Shown here piece by piece: positions 14,119 to 28,652 of a DNA stretch of 64,000 nt (positions are counted from its first letter, which is position 1; each line of letters starts with the position of its first letter). Below the pieces are notes generated by a model. The model did no database searches. It was given only the letters and a program-made list of their open reading frames with translations, and was not told where the DNA came from. Made by a program: the position numbers and the translations under genes. The stretch covers positions 310,186,001 to 310,250,000 of the forward strand of contig OZ024743.1 in assembly GCA_964016885.1 (NCBI GenBank), in the 5' to 3' direction. The DNA comes from Eledone cirrhosa (Eukaryota).

Positions 14119-14236
14119 TATATATATATATATATATATATATTACATATATACATATTACACATATTATACATATATATATATAATATATATATATATT
14201 ATATATACATATTAGACATATATATATATATATATT

Positions 14237-14327
<91 letters not shown>

Positions 14328-14670
14328 TATACATATATATATATATTATACATATATGTATATATTATACATATATATATATATTATACATATATATATA
14401 TATATTATATATATTTATATTATACATATATATATATATATTATATATATATATATTATACATATATATCTATTATAAATATATATATATATTATATATA
14501 TATATATTTTATATATATATTATACATATATATCTAATACGTATATATATATATATATTATATATATATATTATACATATATATATATATATATATATTA
14601 TACATATATATATATATATTATACATATATATATATATTATACATATATAAATATGTATATATATATATA
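14119..14670. repeat. Imperfect (TA)n microsatellite
   Basis: Direct reading. Confidence 0.95.
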
Positions 14671-16160
14671 TATTCTAATTTAGAGTTTACACTCAGGAGT
14701 CAAATACAATTATTAAGCTCTAAGAAATACTTCTGAGCATTACAGTACAATTTAATATAAAATTATGATTAACACTAGTGTGTTTTTTTGCAAAATGACA
14801 ATAATTTAGCCACATAGAAATACCTTAATTCAAATACATATAGTCCGTCTGTATCGATCTAAAAGATAATAAATATATACTTACAGACGTAAATGGCAAC
14901 TGCCCTGGTGCCAAGGCAAGTTTAAATTTCAAAATTCAAACCTTTTCAGCAGATCAGTCCGAACTTCAAAAAATAAACCTGTTTCACAAAGTATGGTATA
15001 CTAATGACATAATTAATTAATTACAGAATAACTATTTATGAAATAATTATGAGTGGAATAATCAATTTTCTGTGATTCTCAATAGGCACCCAGATAAATT
15101 AGAGTTACTTCACCTAGGATAAGCATCCTAAGACTGGTCTGTCGCACGCCAAATACATGTGCTTTTGCACACGACTTTCCCAGCACTCTGGCTCATATCC
15201 ATGGCGCTAGAAATAACAGCCATAAATATGGGATTACGAATTCAGCTCTACCGAAGGATCAGACGTATTCTAATTTAGAGCTTACACTCAGGAGTCAAAT
15301 ACAATTATTAAGCTCTAAGAAATACTTCTGAGCATTACAGTACAATTTAATATGAAATTATGATTAACACTAGTGTGCTTTTTTTGCAAAATGACAATAA
15401 TTTAGCCAGATAGAAATACCTTAATTCAAATACATATAGTCCGCCTGTATCGATCTAAAAGATAATAAATATATACTTACAGACGTAAATGGTAACTGCC
15501 CTGGTGCCTAGACAAGTTTAAATTTCAAAATTCAAACCTTTTCAGCAGATCAGTCCGAACTTCAAAAAATAAACCTGTTTCACAAAGGATGGTATACTAA
15601 TGAAATAATTAATTAATTACAGAATAACTATTTATGAAATAATTATGAGTGAAATAATCAATTTTCTGTGATTCTCAATGGGCACCCAGATAAATTAGAG
15701 TTACTTCACCTAGGATAAGTATCTTAAGACTGGTCTGTCGCACGCCAAATACATGTGCTTTTGCACACGACTTTCTCACCACTCTGGCTCATATCCATGG
15801 CACTAGAAATAACAGCCATAAATATGGGATTACGAATTCAGCTCTACCGAAGGAGCAGACATATTCTAATTTAGAGTTCACACTCAGGAGTCAAATACAA
15901 TTCTTAAGCTCTAAGAAATACTTCTGGGATTTTTTGAAGTTCGGACTGATCTGCTGAAAAGGTTTGAATTTTGAAATTTAAACATGTCTAGGCACCAGGG
16001 CAGTTGCCATTTACGTCTGTAAGTATAGATTTGTTATTTTTTAGATCGATACAGGCCGACTATATGTATTTGAATTAAGGTATTTCTATCTGGCTAAATT
16101 ATTGTCATTTTGCAAAATAAACACACTAGTGTTAATCAGAATTTTATATTAAATTGTACT
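14671..16160. repeat. ~595-bp tandem monomer (about 2.1 copies) plus an inverted partial copy
   Basis: tattctaatttagag at 14671, 15266, 15862; 15929-16160 is a reverse-complement segment of the unit; (TA)n flanks. Confidence 0.9.
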
Positions 16161-16185
16161 ATATATATATATATATATATATATT

Positions 16186-18425
16186 TATTAAAATAACAGA
16201 TTAAAGTTTAAGCAAAGAATCGCTGCTTTCACCCTTAACGGGATCTTCTGAAACGAACAAAGTCAATCTGTAAACGCAGAAGTGGATATTTCAAAAAACG
16301 TTGCAACCGGAGGATGACAGGAAGACGATACTTTGGTTCGTGCAAACGTTCGCTATGCAAATAAGTAATGGTATAAAGAAACATATACTTAGCTCCCACA
16401 TCAAGACGTAAATTATCCACGTATAGATCGTACTATCCGTTAGGGTATAACGTGGGGCTGTTTCGTGCAATTTATGTTTACAAGCCGAAATTGCCTCAGA
16501 TTTTTTGTTGAAGATATGGTCTGTGGCGTAGAGTATTTCCAGGGCCTCAGCGGCGCAGAGGTCACATGGTCTTTTATTTCCGTTATACGATATAGCCCTA
16601 GCTAGGATCTCCCAGTGTAACTTATATTGGGTGTGGTTGTCTTTTAGACTCCAGATATAAGCTGAAAGTGACGTCATATTCCTTCTTAGAGGGTAACGAA
16701 AAGAATGGGTATGCATGTAAAGACGCTGCTTGAATCTACTGACGGTTAACCTTATGTAAGCCCTACGGGACGTGGGTGTTACAACCTTACATTTGCAGAC
16801 AATGTTACTAGAGAGGCATTTCCCGGATAGGGGGCAATCAACCCGATTCCTACAATTACAGTTAGTACTAACTACAGGGTTGCTCGTGTTCCTACGGCTA
16901 GCTAGTTTAGCTAAATTTGAAGCTGTGATGTTATGTGCAAGGTTAGGAGTCGTAGAGTAAGAAATTTTAATAGTATTTCTATTAAAATTTTACTATATTT
17001 ATGTGTAGGGGGAAAATGCTTCGTAATAAGGGAAAGAAAGATCTTAGCTAATGGTGTGGCCACCTCCATATTATATGGTGGGTTATACCAACAAATGCGA
17101 CGGGATCTATTTCTTCTAGGTCTATTTTCGTACTCTCTATATGCTACCTTATCGACAAATCCACTTCAAGCAAGAGCTTCATTGTAATAAGTGGAATGGT
17201 CGTTGAAAATACGCTCGTTGGTGGAAAAACGGGAAAGCTTCAACGAAACGTTTCTTACCAGGTTCTTGGTTATGCTGGCAGGATGGTTGGAATGCTTACT
17301 TATGTAATTAAGCGTATCATTCGGCTTTCTATACGGGTAATACTACCCATTCAATAAATTGAGGGTAACGTCGAGGTAATTAACGACCGAGAGATTGGCC
17401 TCAACCTGTATAGAGAGGTTGAAGCCTTTAAAGAAGGCTGTGAGTTCTTTTCTGAACCTGTCGCAAGCACGAGGTCCGCACTTAGTCATGGTCAAAAGAC
17501 CATCGTCACGGTACAAACCACCGCCCGCGTTGGGGAATTCATCCTTGATAGAGACAAGAGGGAAAAAGCCGAGTCCTAACCTTGCACATAACATCACAGC
17601 TTCAAATTTAGCTAAACTACCCAGCCGTCGGAACACGTGCAACCCTGTAGTTGGTACTAACTGTAATTGTAGGAATCGGGTTGATTGCCCCCTATCCGGG
17701 AAATGCCTCTGTAGTAACATTGTCTACAAATGTAAGGTTGTAACACCCACGTCCCGTAGGGCCAACATAGGGTTAACCGTCAATAGATTCAAGCAACCTC
17801 TTTACATGCATACCCATTCTTTTCGTTACCCTCTAAGAAGGAATATGACGTCACTTTCAGCTTATATCTGGAGTCTAAAAGACAACGACACCCAATATAA
17901 GTTACACTGGGAGATCCTAGCTAGGGCTACATCGTATAACGGAAATAAATGACCATGTGACCTCTGTGCCGCTGAGGCCCTGGAAATACTCTACACCACA
18001 GACCACATCATAAACGAACAATCTGAGGCAATTTCGGCTTGTAAACATAAATTGCACAAAACTTTCCTGTATTACAGCCCCACGTTACACCCTAACGGAT
18101 AGTACGATCTATACGTGGATATTTTACGTCTTGATGTGAGAGCTAAGTATATGTTTGTTTATACCTTTACTTATTTGCATAGCGAAGGTTTCCACGAAGC
18201 AAAGTATCGTCTTCCTGTCTTCCTCCGGTTGCAACGTTTTTTAAAATATCCACTTCTGCGTTTACAGATTGACTTTGTTAGTTTCAGAAGATCCCTTTGA
18301 GGGTGAAAGCAGCGATTCTTTGCTTAAACTTTAATCTGTTATTTTAATAAATATTTGCTCTACGGTTCTTATATATTTGATATATATTTATCCTTATCGA
18401 GCCCTCTTTGGATTTTAGTCTTCAA
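16186..18425. mobile_element. Naiad-type PLE as a head-to-head inverted insertion
   Basis: Minus arm 16186-17550 carries GGGLYRDDGL, NYLDVTLNL and the EN; plus arm 17570-18352 repeats EN + UTR (reverse complement of 16186-16952). Confidence 0.9.
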
Positions 18426-18512
18426 ATATATATATATATATATATATATGTATATTATATATATATTATATTGATATATCTATATATCTATATATCTATA
18501 TATATCTCTCTA

Positions 18513-20482
<1,970 letters not shown>

Positions 20483-20712
20483 TGTTTCTGAATTTGTTTA
20501 GCAAGATTCTTTATCTGAAATCGTGTGTTGAAACCGATATTGTTATACTTTGGGAGGGTCATGTTGCCAATAAGAAACACACGCACCAGTTGCTTTCACT
20601 TCAATTTATTATATATTTATAAATCTATAAATTTACAAATTTACAAAGTTACAAACTTATAAATTTCTGGTTGGTTGCTTGGTTCCACAACCAGATAGTT
20701 GTTTATATATAT

Positions 20713-20757
20713 AGTCATAGTCCTTTCGTCACACACTCTGTGACCTCTTCAGTGACT
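20713..20757 (-). ncRNA. Family A minimal HHR
   Basis: Reverse complement of 23642-23686. Confidence 0.75.
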
Positions 20758-21064
20758 GGGGATTCCTTTCTTCGTTTCTGTGCCTTTCCTTTCTTCTATC
20801 CTACGCCATTTTGTTTCTGTGTGTGTGTTGTGTGCTCAGTTTGCGCATGCGCCACATCCGGGTGTCTGTGTGTGTTTGTGTTCATTTTTCTATTTTTCTA
20901 TTTATATTTTTCTATTTGTTTATTTATTTATTTATTTATTGTTGGTTGGTTGTTTGTTCTATGTGTGTGTGTGTTTTCATTTTGTCCTGTGTGTGTTTTC
21001 ATTTTGTGTGTGTTTTCAATTGTAAGTTGTTTGTTCTATGCGTGTGTGTGTTTTCATTTTGTCC

Positions 21065-22809
21065 TTAATTGTAAGTTGTGATGTTGCTGTTCCACTCATA
21101 TTTTCTATTTAATTTTGGTTTTAATTCTTTTATGCTTACTGCCTCTGTAATTTGCCTAAACATTGCGTCTTTTCTGTGTGTGGATTCTATTTTTATTTCT
21201 ATGCTCTCTAATCTACCCCTGTGTTCTATCTTAGCATGTTGGTAGAGCACAGATGATTCTTTATTATCTTGGAGGTCTCGCCAGTGTTCATTTATTCGTT
21301 CCCCTATACTACGAGCTGTCTCACCTATGTACACTATATTTTTGTTTCTACATTGTCCTTCAGTACATCTTATGCTATACACTACATTTCTAGTTTTACA
21401 GTTAATATGGGGGCTTATTTTACAGGTTATACATTTCTTATCTATACATGAGGGTCTTTGGAACGGGTATGTCTTGTTAATAAGTGTTTTTACGGAGGTA
21501 CCAGGTCTTTCTACTATCTTAATATTGAGATTATGTTTATTTAGGGCCCTTCTAAATTTGTAGGCTAGTTCGCCTCTAGGGGTTGTATTGATGAACATTA
21601 CACTTTGGTATTTATTGCTATCATACCATGAGTTTATTCTATTGGCCTTGTTCCTAGTTCTTTCTATTCTATTCCAAAATTTGCTCCTATACAAGGGGCA
21701 GGTCCCATTTATGTCATTATTTACCATTTTTTCCCATTTGGTTCTGGCTCCTTTATACACTCTGATTCTATCTCTCTGATTGTAGCCAGAGAACTGCATA
21801 CGGTGGATGAAGTGTTGTATGTGTCTCTCTAGTTCTTCGGGGTTGCACATGCGGGACACATTTCTCATCACCCGTACCAAATCCGCAATCAGTATGTTGA
21901 TTTTGGTATGGTCCGAAATGGCCGAGTTTCGGTGGATCAGATGTTTGGAAGTCATGGGTTTGGCATAATGGGAATGGAGGATTTGTTTTTGGTTGTTAAT
22001 GGTATCTAACCAGAGCTCTGTGTCTAGTACAGGTAATCGATGGTTGGGGTGTCTACTTGGGTAGTCTATAGTAACTCTAATGCTCTGGTGGATGGAGTTT
22101 GCTATTTGCTGGATGCTTTCCATTGTGTTTTTCTCTAGTTCCTGACTGTTCTTTAGTGGCGGTGTCTTAACTACGATGTTTATATCATCTACGTAGCGGG
22201 AGTACATTATCAGGGTTAAGCTGTCTTCTAATTGTTCATTAAGTTTTTGTTTAAGTCTACTGTCCCACCATACCATGAATAATTTAGCTATGTCGCCTGC
22301 AATGCTAACACCAATGGCTGCTCCTTCCTCTTGGGCATATGTTTTACCATTAAATTTGAACATATGTTCCTTAAGGGTTAATTTTATGCTGGACCCTACC
22401 GCATGTGCAATCATTTTCTTCAGTTCATCGTGGTTTTCGGGTGTCCGTATGGCTCTGGTCCACCCGTTCCATCTATCTGTGTGGGTTTTCTTGGCCATTG
22501 AGGTAGTGGTAGGTGGTCTGCCTCTTGCTGGTCTTGTAGGGCACAGGTTGCTAAGGTCATAAGTGTCTAGGTAACTATTACTATGGGTAAGCTTAAGTAG
22601 AAGTCCCAGCTCACTGGTATCAATCCCACGGAACTCAACCTTGCTCTCGCTGATCATTTCTACGCATTTCTCCACAGCAAAATCCACGTCAATAGATGGA
22701 TACAGGGACACAACATCCATACTGCCTATTATGCAGTTTGTTAGGTCCCCAGATAGGTTACCCGCGCCGATTCTGCTGAGGTGGTCCTCCGTGCTGTCAC
22801 ACACATCTG
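21065..22809 (-). CDS. 5'-truncated but uninterrupted PLE RT + GIY-YIG frame
   Basis: SMDVVSLYPS, GAAIG, RYVDD, LPVLD, CIDKKCITC, VVYSIRC...YIGETARS..ER..EH; no native start. Confidence 0.85.
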
Positions 22810-23537
22810 TCAATACAACCCCTAGAGGCGAACTAGCCTACAAATTTAGAAGGGCCCTAAATAAACATAATCTCAATATTAAGATAGTAGAAAGACCTGG
22901 TACCTCCGTAAAAACACTTATTAACAAGACATACCCGTTCCAAAGACCCTCATGTATAGATAAGAAATGTATAACCTGTAAAATAAGCCCCCATATTAAC
23001 TGTAAAACTAGAAATGTAGTGTATAGCATAAGATGTACTGAAGGACAATGTAGAAACAAAAATATAGTGTACATAGGTGAGACAGCTCGTAGTATAGGGG
23101 AACGGATAAATGAACACTGGCGAGACCTCCAAGATAATAAAGAATCATCTGTGCTCTACCAACATGCTAAGATAGAACACAGGGGTAGATTAAAGAGCAT
23201 AGAAATAAAAATAGAATCCACACACAGAAAAGACGCAATGTTTAGGCAAATTACAGAGGCAGTAAGCATAAAAGAATTAAAACCAAAATTAAATAGAAAA
23301 TATGAGTGGAACAGCAACATCACAACTTACAATTAAGGACAAAATGAAAACACACACACGCATAGAACAAACAACTTACAATTGAAAACACACACAAAAT
23401 GAAAACACACACAGGACAAAATGAAAACACACACACATAGAACAAACAACCAACCAACAATAAATAAATAAATAAATAAACAAATAGAAAAATATAAATA
23501 GAAAAATAGAAAAATGAACACAAACACACACAGACAC

Positions 23538-23595
23538 CCGGATGTGGCGCATGCGCAAACTGAGCACACAATACACACACAGAAACAAAATGGCG
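23538..23595 (+). promoter_or_regulatory. Candidate internal Pol II promoter: ETS (CCGGATGT), NRF1 (GCGCATGCGCA) and YY1 (CAAAATGGCG) motifs
   Basis: Motifs at 23538, 23547 and 23586, 50-105 bp upstream of the HHR; present in all four family A UTR copies. Confidence 0.5.
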
Positions 23596-23641
23596 TAGGA
23601 TAAAAGAAAGGAAAGGCACAGAAACGAAGAAAGGAATCCCC

Positions 23642-23686
23642 AGTCACTGAAGAGGTCACAGAGTGTGTGACGAAAGGACTATGACT
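23642..23686 (+). ncRNA. Family A minimal type I HHR
   Basis: agtca CTGAAGA g-gtcaca..tgtgac GAAA gga CTA tgact; 2-bp stem III. Confidence 0.75.
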
Positions 23687-23836
23687 ATATATATAAACAA
23701 CTATCTGGTTGTGGAACCAACCAACCAACCAGAAATTTATAAGTTTGTAAATTTGTAAATTTGTAAATTTATAGATTTATAAATATATAATAAATTGAAG
23801 TGAAAGCAACTGGTGCGTGTGTTTCTTATTGGCAAC

Positions 23837-26800
23837 ATGACCCTCCCAAAGTATAACAATATCGGTTTCAACACACGATTTCAGATAAAGAATCTTGCTA
23901 AACAAATTCAGAAACGAAATATCGTAAGCCTTAGCCAGGCTAACAAGATACTGAAAACCACCATGTTCTGTTGTCTACGAAAAACCATAACATCTCGACA
24001 ACTACGCTTCATAAAACTCTGCACCACTTCTAGAATCTACGCCAACACCATCAATACCGACGTTAGAAGATTACAACTCACCAAAAAACAAGCAGATAGG
24101 CTAAAACGAACTTTAATTCTAAACATAAAAAAGAAGATCTATAGAGAATTAAGTCATCAAGAAAAACTAAAGCGTAACCTAATACAAGAAATATCTAAAA
24201 TCACCACACCAGCAGAAAAACTAACATTTATAAGCCTTATACGCCCCGAAGAACAGTACATTACTCAAGAATGTGATAAGCACTTTAACAGAAAATTAAA
24301 GTGGCTTAAACAGGCAAAGCTAAATCGGGATACTATAGAGTATACCAATAGATATCCCGACAAAATTGACGGTATCAACATGGCCGACACCTCATTATCT
24401 GAAGAGTTCAACAACGAAAATACCAACATTTATGGAAACACGGAAATAGATAATAATGAAATGTCTGTGTTACGTCTGCCACCCAAATTTGCGACATTCA
24501 AGAAGGTAAATATGATTAGTTGTCTGTCAGAAATAGAAAAATCATTTACAAAACTACGCTGGAGCATCAAAAACAAAAGCAACAATATACGCACACACAT
24601 ATACAACACACATCCCAACAACAACAGACACACAGACACAAACAACAATAACAACAACAACAATAACAACAACAACAACAATAGCAACATACCCAGATAC
24701 AACAACAACAATAGCAACATACCCAGATACAACAACAACAATAGCAACATACCCAGATACAACAACAACAGACACGCAGACACAAACAACAATAACAACA
24801 CACACAACAACGATAACACACATGGAGACAACAATAACAACAACACACACATCAACAACAACAACAATAGCAACATACCCAGATACAACAACAACAGACA
24901 CGCAGACACAAACAACAATAACAACACACACAACAACGATAACACACACACACACATCAACAACAACAACACACACGCATTCAATGCCTCTCACCACCAC
25001 CACAATCTTAACAAACACACAGACACAGAAAACAAGTAATGACAGTAGCACAGAAATCAGAGAAATAAGAGAAAGTAATAGGATTAAAAGGAAAAGGAGA
25101 TGGGAGACTAAGGACAAAGAGAATAACCAAGACGAACACACAGACACACAAAATAGGGTAGATAACAACATTGAGCCAGTGGAAAGAGACAGGAGTAATT
25201 ATGAGAGACATAGAAACAACCATGAAGCTGAGGCTGTTGGTGGAAATAGAAACAACACAACTAACAATAATAATAGCACTAGTACACATAAAGCAGCAGC
25301 CTGGAACTCTCCGTTTTATAACCCCTCCGATAAATCATTCGACCTACGACGAATCCACGCCACGACTTTGCCATTTAACAAACGCACGCAGTTGCCGTCG
25401 CAGGTCGATGAACAAACAGAAGCACAATTTAGTATAGCTAAATCCGAACTTAGAAATATTATAGAACAGTATAGCAAGAAGCATAATAGAATAGAGGCCC
25501 AGCAACTGGGAGAAGAATCTGCAAATGGCTTGCGTAAGCTCATGCAGCGCTCGCGTAATGGAGAGATAGCATGTTTTCCAACAGACAAGTCTGGCAGAAT
25601 GTCGGTTGACAGCCTGCCAAACTACATCCAGGCAATGCAACCCCACATCACTAACACAAGAGAGGTAACACCACAGGAGCATGAGGATAGAGAAAAAGCC
25701 CTCAATGCCCATATGGTGATGTGGACGAATATAATGCAGCCCAACAAAAGGACTGCCAACAACTTCCAGGCCTGGAACAATGACGTGCCGGCGTTGTATG
25801 GGCTTCGAAAAGACCATAAAACGGGCTGGGACCCTGTCGCGGGACCACCAACACGACCAGTCTGTGGGGCTAACATTGCTAGTAACTACAGACTGTCCTA
25901 CTGCCTCTCCCTCATCATACGCCCCATCATTGAGATGTCCCCAGATGTGTGTGACAGCACGGAGGACCTCCTTAGCAGAATCGGCGCGGGTAACCGAACT
26001 GGGGACCTAACAAACTGCATAATAGGCAGTATGGATGTTGTGTCCCTGTATCCATCTATTGACGTGGATTTTGCTGTGGAGAAATGCGTAGAAATGATCA
26101 GCGAGAGCAAGGTTGAGTTCCGTGGGATTGATACCAGTGAGCTGGGACTTCTACTTAAGCTTACCCATAGTAATAGTTACCTAGACACTTATGACCTTAG
26201 CAACCTGTGCCCTACAAGACCAGCAAGAGGCAGACCACCTACCATTACCTCAATGGCCAAGAAAACCCACACAGATAGATGGAACGGGTGGACCAGAGCC
26301 ATACAGACACCCGAAAACCACGATGAACTGAAGAAAATGATTGCACATGCGGTAGGCGCCAGCATAAAATTAACCCTTAAGGAACATATGTTCAAATTTA
26401 ATGGTAAAACATATGCCCAAGAGGAAGGAGCAGCCATTGGTGTTAGCATTGCAGGCGACATAGCTAACTTATTCATGGTATGGTGGGACAGTAGACTTAA
26501 ACAAAAACTTAATGAACAATTAGAAGACAGCTTAACCCTGATAATGTACTCCCGCTACGTAGATGATATAAACATCGTAGTTAAGACACCGCCACTAAAG
26601 AACAGTCAGGAACTAGAGAAAAACACAATGGAAAGCATCCAGCAAATAGCAAACTCCATCCACCAGAGCATTAGAGTTACTATAGACTACCCAAGTAGAC
26701 ACCCCAACCATCGATTACCTGTACTAGACACAGAGCTCTGGTTAGATACCATTAACAACCAAAAACAAATCCTCCATTCCCATTATGCCAAACCCATGAC

Positions 26801-27679
26801 TTCCAAACATCTGATCCACCGAAACTCGGCCATTTCGGACCATACCAAAATCAACATACTGATTGCGGATTTGGTACGGGTGATGAGAAATGTGTCCCGC
26901 ATGTGCAACCCCGAAGAACTAGAGAGACACATACAACACTTCATCCACCGTATGCAGTTCTCTGGCTACAATCAGAGAGATAGAATCAGAGTGTATAAAG
27001 GAGCCAGAACCAAATGGGAAAAAATGGTAAATAATGACATAAATGGGACCTGCCCCTTGTATAGGAGCACATTTTGGAATAGAATAGAAAGAACTAGGAA
27101 CAAGGCCAATAGAATGAACTCATGGTATGATAGCAATAAATACCAAAGTTCATCAATACAACCCCTAGAGGCGAACTAGCCTACAAATTTAGAAGGGCCC
27201 TAAATAAACATAATCTCAATATTAAGATAGTAGAAAGACCTGGTACCTCCGTAAAAACACTTATTAGCAAGACATACCCGTTCCAAAGACCCTCATGTAT
27301 AGATAAGAAATGTATAACCTGTAAAATAAGCCCCCATATTAACTGTAAAACTAGAAATGTAGTGTATAGCATAAGATGTACTGAAGGACAATGTAGAAAC
27401 AAAAATATAGTGTACATAGGTGAGACAGCTCGTAGTATAGGGGAACGAATAAATGAACACTGGCGAGACCTCCAAGATAATAAAGAATCATCTGTGCTCT
27501 ACCAACATGCTAAGATAGAACACAGGGGTAGATTAGAGAGCATAGAAATAAAAATAGAATCCACACACAGAAAAGACGCAATGTTTAGGCAAATTACAGA
27601 GGCAGTAAGCATAAAAGAATTAAAACCAAAATTAAATAGAAAATATGAGTGGAACAGCAACATCACAACTTACAATTAA
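23837..27679 (+). pseudogene. Family A full-length RT-GIY-YIG polyprotein with two frameshifts
   Basis: ATG 23837; LPPKFA, KLRW, Asn-rich insert, TDKSG, KDHK, RPV, YVDD, GIY-YIG; +1 shift in AC-rich region (24822-25039 overlap) and 7-bp deletion at about 27149. Confidence 0.88.
24590..25030 (+). repeat. Coding (AAC)n-rich repeat with 30-bp (NNNNSNIPRY) and ~120-bp duplications
   Basis: Direct reading. Confidence 0.9.
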
Positions 27680-27986
27680 GGACAAAATGAAAACACACAC
27701 ACGGATAGAACAAACAACTTACAATTGAAAACACACACAAAATGAAAACACACACAGGACAAAATGAAAACACACACACACATAGAACAAACAACCAACC
27801 AACAATAAATAAATAAATAAATAAACAAATAGAAAAATATAAATAGAAAAATAGAAAAATGAACACAAACACACACAGACACCCGGATGTGGCGCATGCG
27901 CAAACTGAGCACACAACACACACACAGAAACAAAATGGCGTAGGATAGAAGAAAGGAAAGGCACAGAAACGAAGAAAGGAATCCAC

Positions 27987-28031
27987 AGTCACTGAAGAGG
28001 TCACAGAGTGTGTGACGAAAGGACTATGACT
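27987..28031 (+). ncRNA. Family A minimal HHR (3' pLTR)
   Basis: Same as 23642-23686. Confidence 0.75.
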
Positions 28032-28199
28032 ATATATATAAACAACTATCTGGTTGTGGAACCAAGCAACCAACCAGAAATTTATAAGTTTGTAACTTTG
28101 TAAATTTGTAAATTTATAGATTTATAAATATATAATAAATTGAAGTGAAAGCAACTGGTGCGTGTGTTTCTTAGTGGCAACATGACCCTCCCAAAGTAT

Positions 28200-28322
<123 letters not shown>

Positions 28323-28561
28323 AGTATGTATGTATACGTACATACATATATGTATACGGACGTACAGTAGCATGCATATGTATATATATATATATATATA
28401 CATATATACATACAGGTACACATACATATATGCACGCATCAGTTTAGCGGACGCTTATTATAACGCCGCTTTGTTCGTTTGTCAACAAACTGAACAGCCT
28501 GAATTTATGCCATACGGTGTTAAGGCAACCACGTCACCTTTTTGTTCAACACTGACACAGG

Positions 28562-28607
28562 AACGATGTACTAGTTTCAAGCTTGTTAGCTATCATCAGC
28601 ACCGTTT
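28562..28607 (-). ncRNA. Type I hammerhead ribozyme in a short orphan insert
   Basis: aacggtg CTGATGA t-agct aaca agct-t GAAAC ta GTA catcgtt. Confidence 0.75.
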
Positions 28608-28610
28608 ACC

Positions 28611-28647
<37 letters not shown>

Positions 28648-28652
<5 letters not shown>

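Noticed and set aside
17940-17960. Selenocysteine-type in-frame TGA in Naiad EN
   Set aside because: The other arm has Arg (CGA) here, so CpG decay; the Cys motifs I checked use normal codons
20671-21081. Membrane-protein-like ORFs (also 23320-23728, 27663-28073)
   Set aside because: Antisense of the A/C-rich 3' UTR; frames differ among copies
24430-25171. Long hydrophobic antisense ORFs
   Set aside because: Shadow frames of the AAC/AC repeat in the PLE ORF
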